DNA from: Ranitomeya imitator
Taxonomy: Eukaryota
Assembly (NCBI RefSeq): GCF_032444005.1
Contig: NC_091284.1
Span: forward strand, 141,484,001 to 141,548,000
DNA length: 64,000 nucleotides
Direction: 5' to 3'
Made by a program: the position numbers and the translations under genes. The notes beneath the pieces are model-generated. The model saw only the letters and a program-made list of their open reading frames with translations, was not told the origin of the DNA and did no database searches. Shown in pieces: positions 60,775 through 64,000 of this stretch. How positions within the stretch are numbered: the first letter of the stretch is position 1; the number at the start of each line of letters is the position of its first letter.

Positions 60775-61889
60775 CCGATACTGTGCCCGTCGCTGATTGG
60801 TCGAGGCGAATTCGCGGCAGACTGTGCCCATCGCTGATTGGTCGAGGCAACCTTTATGACATCATCGTCGCCATGCTGTGCCCGCCGCTGATTGGTCGAG
60901 GCCTGGCTGCCTCGACCAATCAGAGACGCGGGATTTCCAGGACAGACACAGAAAAACCCTTAGACAATTATATATATATAGAGATATATCTATATATATA
61001 ATTCTCTAAAACCCTTAGACAATTATCTATATATATAATTGTCTAAGGGTTTTTCTGTCTGTCTGTCCTGGAAATCCCGCATCTCTGATTGGTCGAGGCA
61101 GCCAGGCCTCGACCAATCAGCGACGGGCACAACATGGCGACGATGATGTCATAAAGGTTGCCTCGACCAATCAGCGACGGGCACAGTCTGCCGCGAATTC
61201 GCCCCGACCAATCAGCGACGGGCACAGTATCGACGTAGGTGTCATAATGGTTGCCATGGCGACGATGATGTCATAAAGGTTGCCTCGACCAATCAGCGAC
61301 GGGCACAGTCTGCCGCGAATTCTGGAATCATCATTGTCCATATACTACGGGGACATGCATATTCTAGAATACCCGATGCGTTAGAATCGGGCCACAATCT
61401 AGTCTATATATATAATTGCCTAAGGGTTTTTCCGTCTCTGTCCTGGAAATCCCGCGTCTCTGATTGGTCAAGGCCTGGCAGCCTCGACCAATCAGCGACG
61501 GGCACAGCGACGATGATGTCATAAAGGATGTAGACATCCCGCGTCTGATTGGTCGAGGCCGCCAGGCCTCAACCAATCAGCAACGGGCACAGTATCGACG
61601 TAGATGTCATAATGGTTGCCATGGTGACGATGATGTCATAAAGGTTGCCTCGACCAATCAGCGACGGGCACAGTCTGCCGCGAATTCGCCTCGACCAATC
61701 AGCGACGGGCACAGTATCGACGTAGATGTCATAATGGTTGCCATGGCGACGATGATGTCATAAAGGTTGCCTCGACCAATCAGCGACGGGCACAGTCTGC
61801 CGCGAATTCTGGAATCATCATTGCCCATATACTACGGGGACATGCATATTCTAGAATACCCGATGCGTTAGAATCGGGCCACAATCTAG
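60775..61889. mobile_element. Non-autonomous Helitron cluster: inverted 5' fragment (60775-~60982, -) plus two head-to-tail copies (61026-61402 and 61403-61889, +)
   Basis: A|TCTATATATATAATTG 5' ends; hairpin CCCGATGCGTTAGAATCGGG 7 nt before the CTAG 3' end; CTAG|TC junction at 61402/61403; internal CTCGACCAATCAGCGACGGGCACAG repeats. Confidence 0.8.
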
Positions 61890-62104
61890 TGTATATATAT
61901 ATACCGGTATATAAATAAGTATGTGTGTGTATATTGACGATGTCATAATGGTTGTCATGGCGAAGATGTTGTATGGTTGCCATGGCGACGATGTCGTAAT
62001 TGTTGCCATGGCGACGATGTCATAATAGGTTGCCATGGTGACGTTATGACATAATGGTTGCCATGGCGACGATATCAAAATGGTTGCCATGGCGAAGATT
62101 TCAT

Positions 62105-62390
62105 AATGGGTATATGGGCATGGAACTATGGGATGGAGGATGTGTGATGGGTCGATGGGCACGGGACTATGGAATGGAGGATATATATGATGGGAATATA
62201 GGCACGGGACTATGGGGTGGAGTATGTGTGATGGGTATATGGGCACGAGACTATGGGATGGAGGATATGTATGATGGTATATGGGTGCGGGACTATGGGA
62301 TGGAGGATGTGTGATGGGTATATGGGCACAGGATTATGAGATGAGGATATGTATGACGGGTATATGGGCACGGGACTATGGGATGGAGGA
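62105..62390. repeat. ~41-43-bp minisatellite (GGGTATATGGGCACGGGACTATGGGATGGAGGATATGTATGAT)
   Basis: About 7 imperfect tandem units. Confidence 0.85.
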
Positions 62391-62615
62391 TAAGCATAAT
62401 TTATAACTAACCACAGCAAATATAATATATATATATATAAAATGATAATTACTAGTGTTCTCTTCTGTAATTTACAGTGAAACATCTGCAGCATTAAACT
62501 TTGACCCTGTATGCCAATTGCCATGTGCCAAATTGAGTGATGGCAAGTCATGTAGATTCTCATCATCCACCAGCCAAATGCAACCAGTGGCACTTCCCCG
62601 AAAATAAATTATCTG

Positions 62616-62755
62616 NNNNNNNNNNNNNNNNNNNNNNNNNNNNNNNNNNNNNNNNNNNNNNNNNNNNNNNNNNNNNNNNNNNNNNNNNNNNNNNNNNNNN
62701 NNNNNNNNNNNNNNNNNNNNNNNNNNNNNNNNNNNNNNNNNNNNNNNNNNNNNNN
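62616..62755. other. 140-nt N block (masked; candidate CNE)
   Basis: N run within unique, TE-free sequence. Confidence 0.6.
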
Positions 62756-63546
62756 GGAGTTGTGAAGTGACTGAGAATGCAGAAGTATTTTCACATGACA
62801 TTGCCTAATTGTATAAAGCATTCAATCATAATTGGGATTGTGTCTTCATACCTCTTCCCTGTACATGGGACTGGATAGCTGGTTCGTTGTTTCCCCAGTC
62901 TAGATCATATGGAGACAGGTCTAGGTGAGATTCAAACCTACATATTCGCTTTTATTGTATAAGCCATGTTGGATAACAAAAGGATTTCACAAAATGTTCC
63001 CTCCATTGCATTATTTTGCGCTGAGTTTTTCTTGAGGGCACATCAACAATAGCCTAATAAAGGAACACAAGAACAACGAGTGTTTGTATGACAAAGTATT
63101 TCAACAATTCTTAAAATGTGAGATTTTGTTCTTTTTCTTGGCAACCGCCGTTTTATTCTTTAGAAGAAAAATGGCAGGGAATGAGTCAATTAATGCGTGT
63201 TCTCGTCTCCAGCTTAATCATATTTGACATTGAAAATCTAATAGATTCTTTTGTTTTCACCTATCTTGCTAATTGCAAAATGTGCCAGTGAGCAAATGTA
63301 CAGGAGGTGTTGATATATTAGAGAGAGAGGGAGGAAAAAAAACTATATTACATTTTTTCCTACCCATTTAGGCAGTGACTTTTAATTAGCCCATCTACTA
63401 ATATGAGGTCGGTAAACTCCATATCTGCTGCTTTATTCCTCCATGTGACTTGCCATTCGTTTTGCTTCAGTTGGCTGGCAAAGGTTGTTGTATATCCATT
63501 ACTCCGTACCACAGCACTTTGCATTTCTGAATTGACAAGCAGTTAT

Positions 63547-63838
63547 NNNNNNNNNNNNNNNNNNNNNNNNNNNNNNNNNNNNNNNNNNNNNNNNNNNNNN
63601 NNNNNNNNNNNNNNNNNNNNNNNNNNNNNNNNNNNNNNNNNNNNNNNNNNNNNNNNNNNNNNNNNNNNNNNNNNNNNNNNNNNNNNNNNNNNNNNNNNNN
63701 NNNNNNNNNNNNNNNNNNNNNNNNNNNNNNNNNNNNNNNNNNNNNNNNNNNNNNNNNNNNNNNNNNNNNNNNNNNNNNNNNNNNNNNNNNNNNNNNNNNN
63801 NNNNNNNNNNNNNNNNNNNNNNNNNNNNNNNNNNNNNN
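63547..63838. other. 292-nt N block (masked; candidate CNE)
   Basis: N run within unique, TE-free sequence. Confidence 0.6.
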
Positions 63839-64000
63839 CCTGCTGCATGTGTGCAGTCAGGGAGACGTGTACCCGCAATTACCACTGAATCTTAAAAACT
63901 AAACAAATAACTTAATCACTGTTTTTTTTTTTTTTTTTTCCTCGTCGCTCACTCTCCTGATGCTGCAATCAGGGTTTTTCTAAAAATATATTTGCAGTGA

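Noticed and set aside
59503-60831. 442-aa ORF as a full-length protein
   Set aside because: Its Met and first ~40 residues come from Helitron and Tc1-derived DNA fused to a truncated Penelope frame; no evidence of expression

Overview
This is eukaryotic, vertebrate DNA; the repeat families point to a frog, which is an inference. There are no prokaryotic features, CRISPR arrays, rRNA or tRNA genes. The only host-gene sequence I can support is one 117-nt coding exon (31548-31664, +) of POLA1, the DNA polymerase alpha catalytic subunit, so the rest of the window is very large 3' POLA1 intron sequence. Five N blocks look like masking rather than assembly gaps. Their position suggests they cover the ultraconserved POLA1/ARX enhancer elements. 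Most of the remainder is nested transposons: Tc1, an apparently intact intron-containing piggyBac, CR1, L1, L2, DIRS, Chapaev3, Penelope, Helitron, hAT/Harbinger/Kolobok MITEs, and two 4.4-5 kb satellite-bearing TTAA elements in inverted orientation. The most interesting signal is a set of type I hammerhead ribozymes in small non-coding, TSD-flanked retro-insertions. One is a 384-nt tandem unit with two hammerheads inside a Tc1 (3495-4448). Another is a ~328-nt single unit whose hammerhead is in the POLA1-sense orientation (19943-20273). A Penelope-like retroelement (RT + GIY-YIG) with its own hammerhead (58398-58439) is also present. Together these suggest a retrozyme (circRNA)/Penelope system in this genome.
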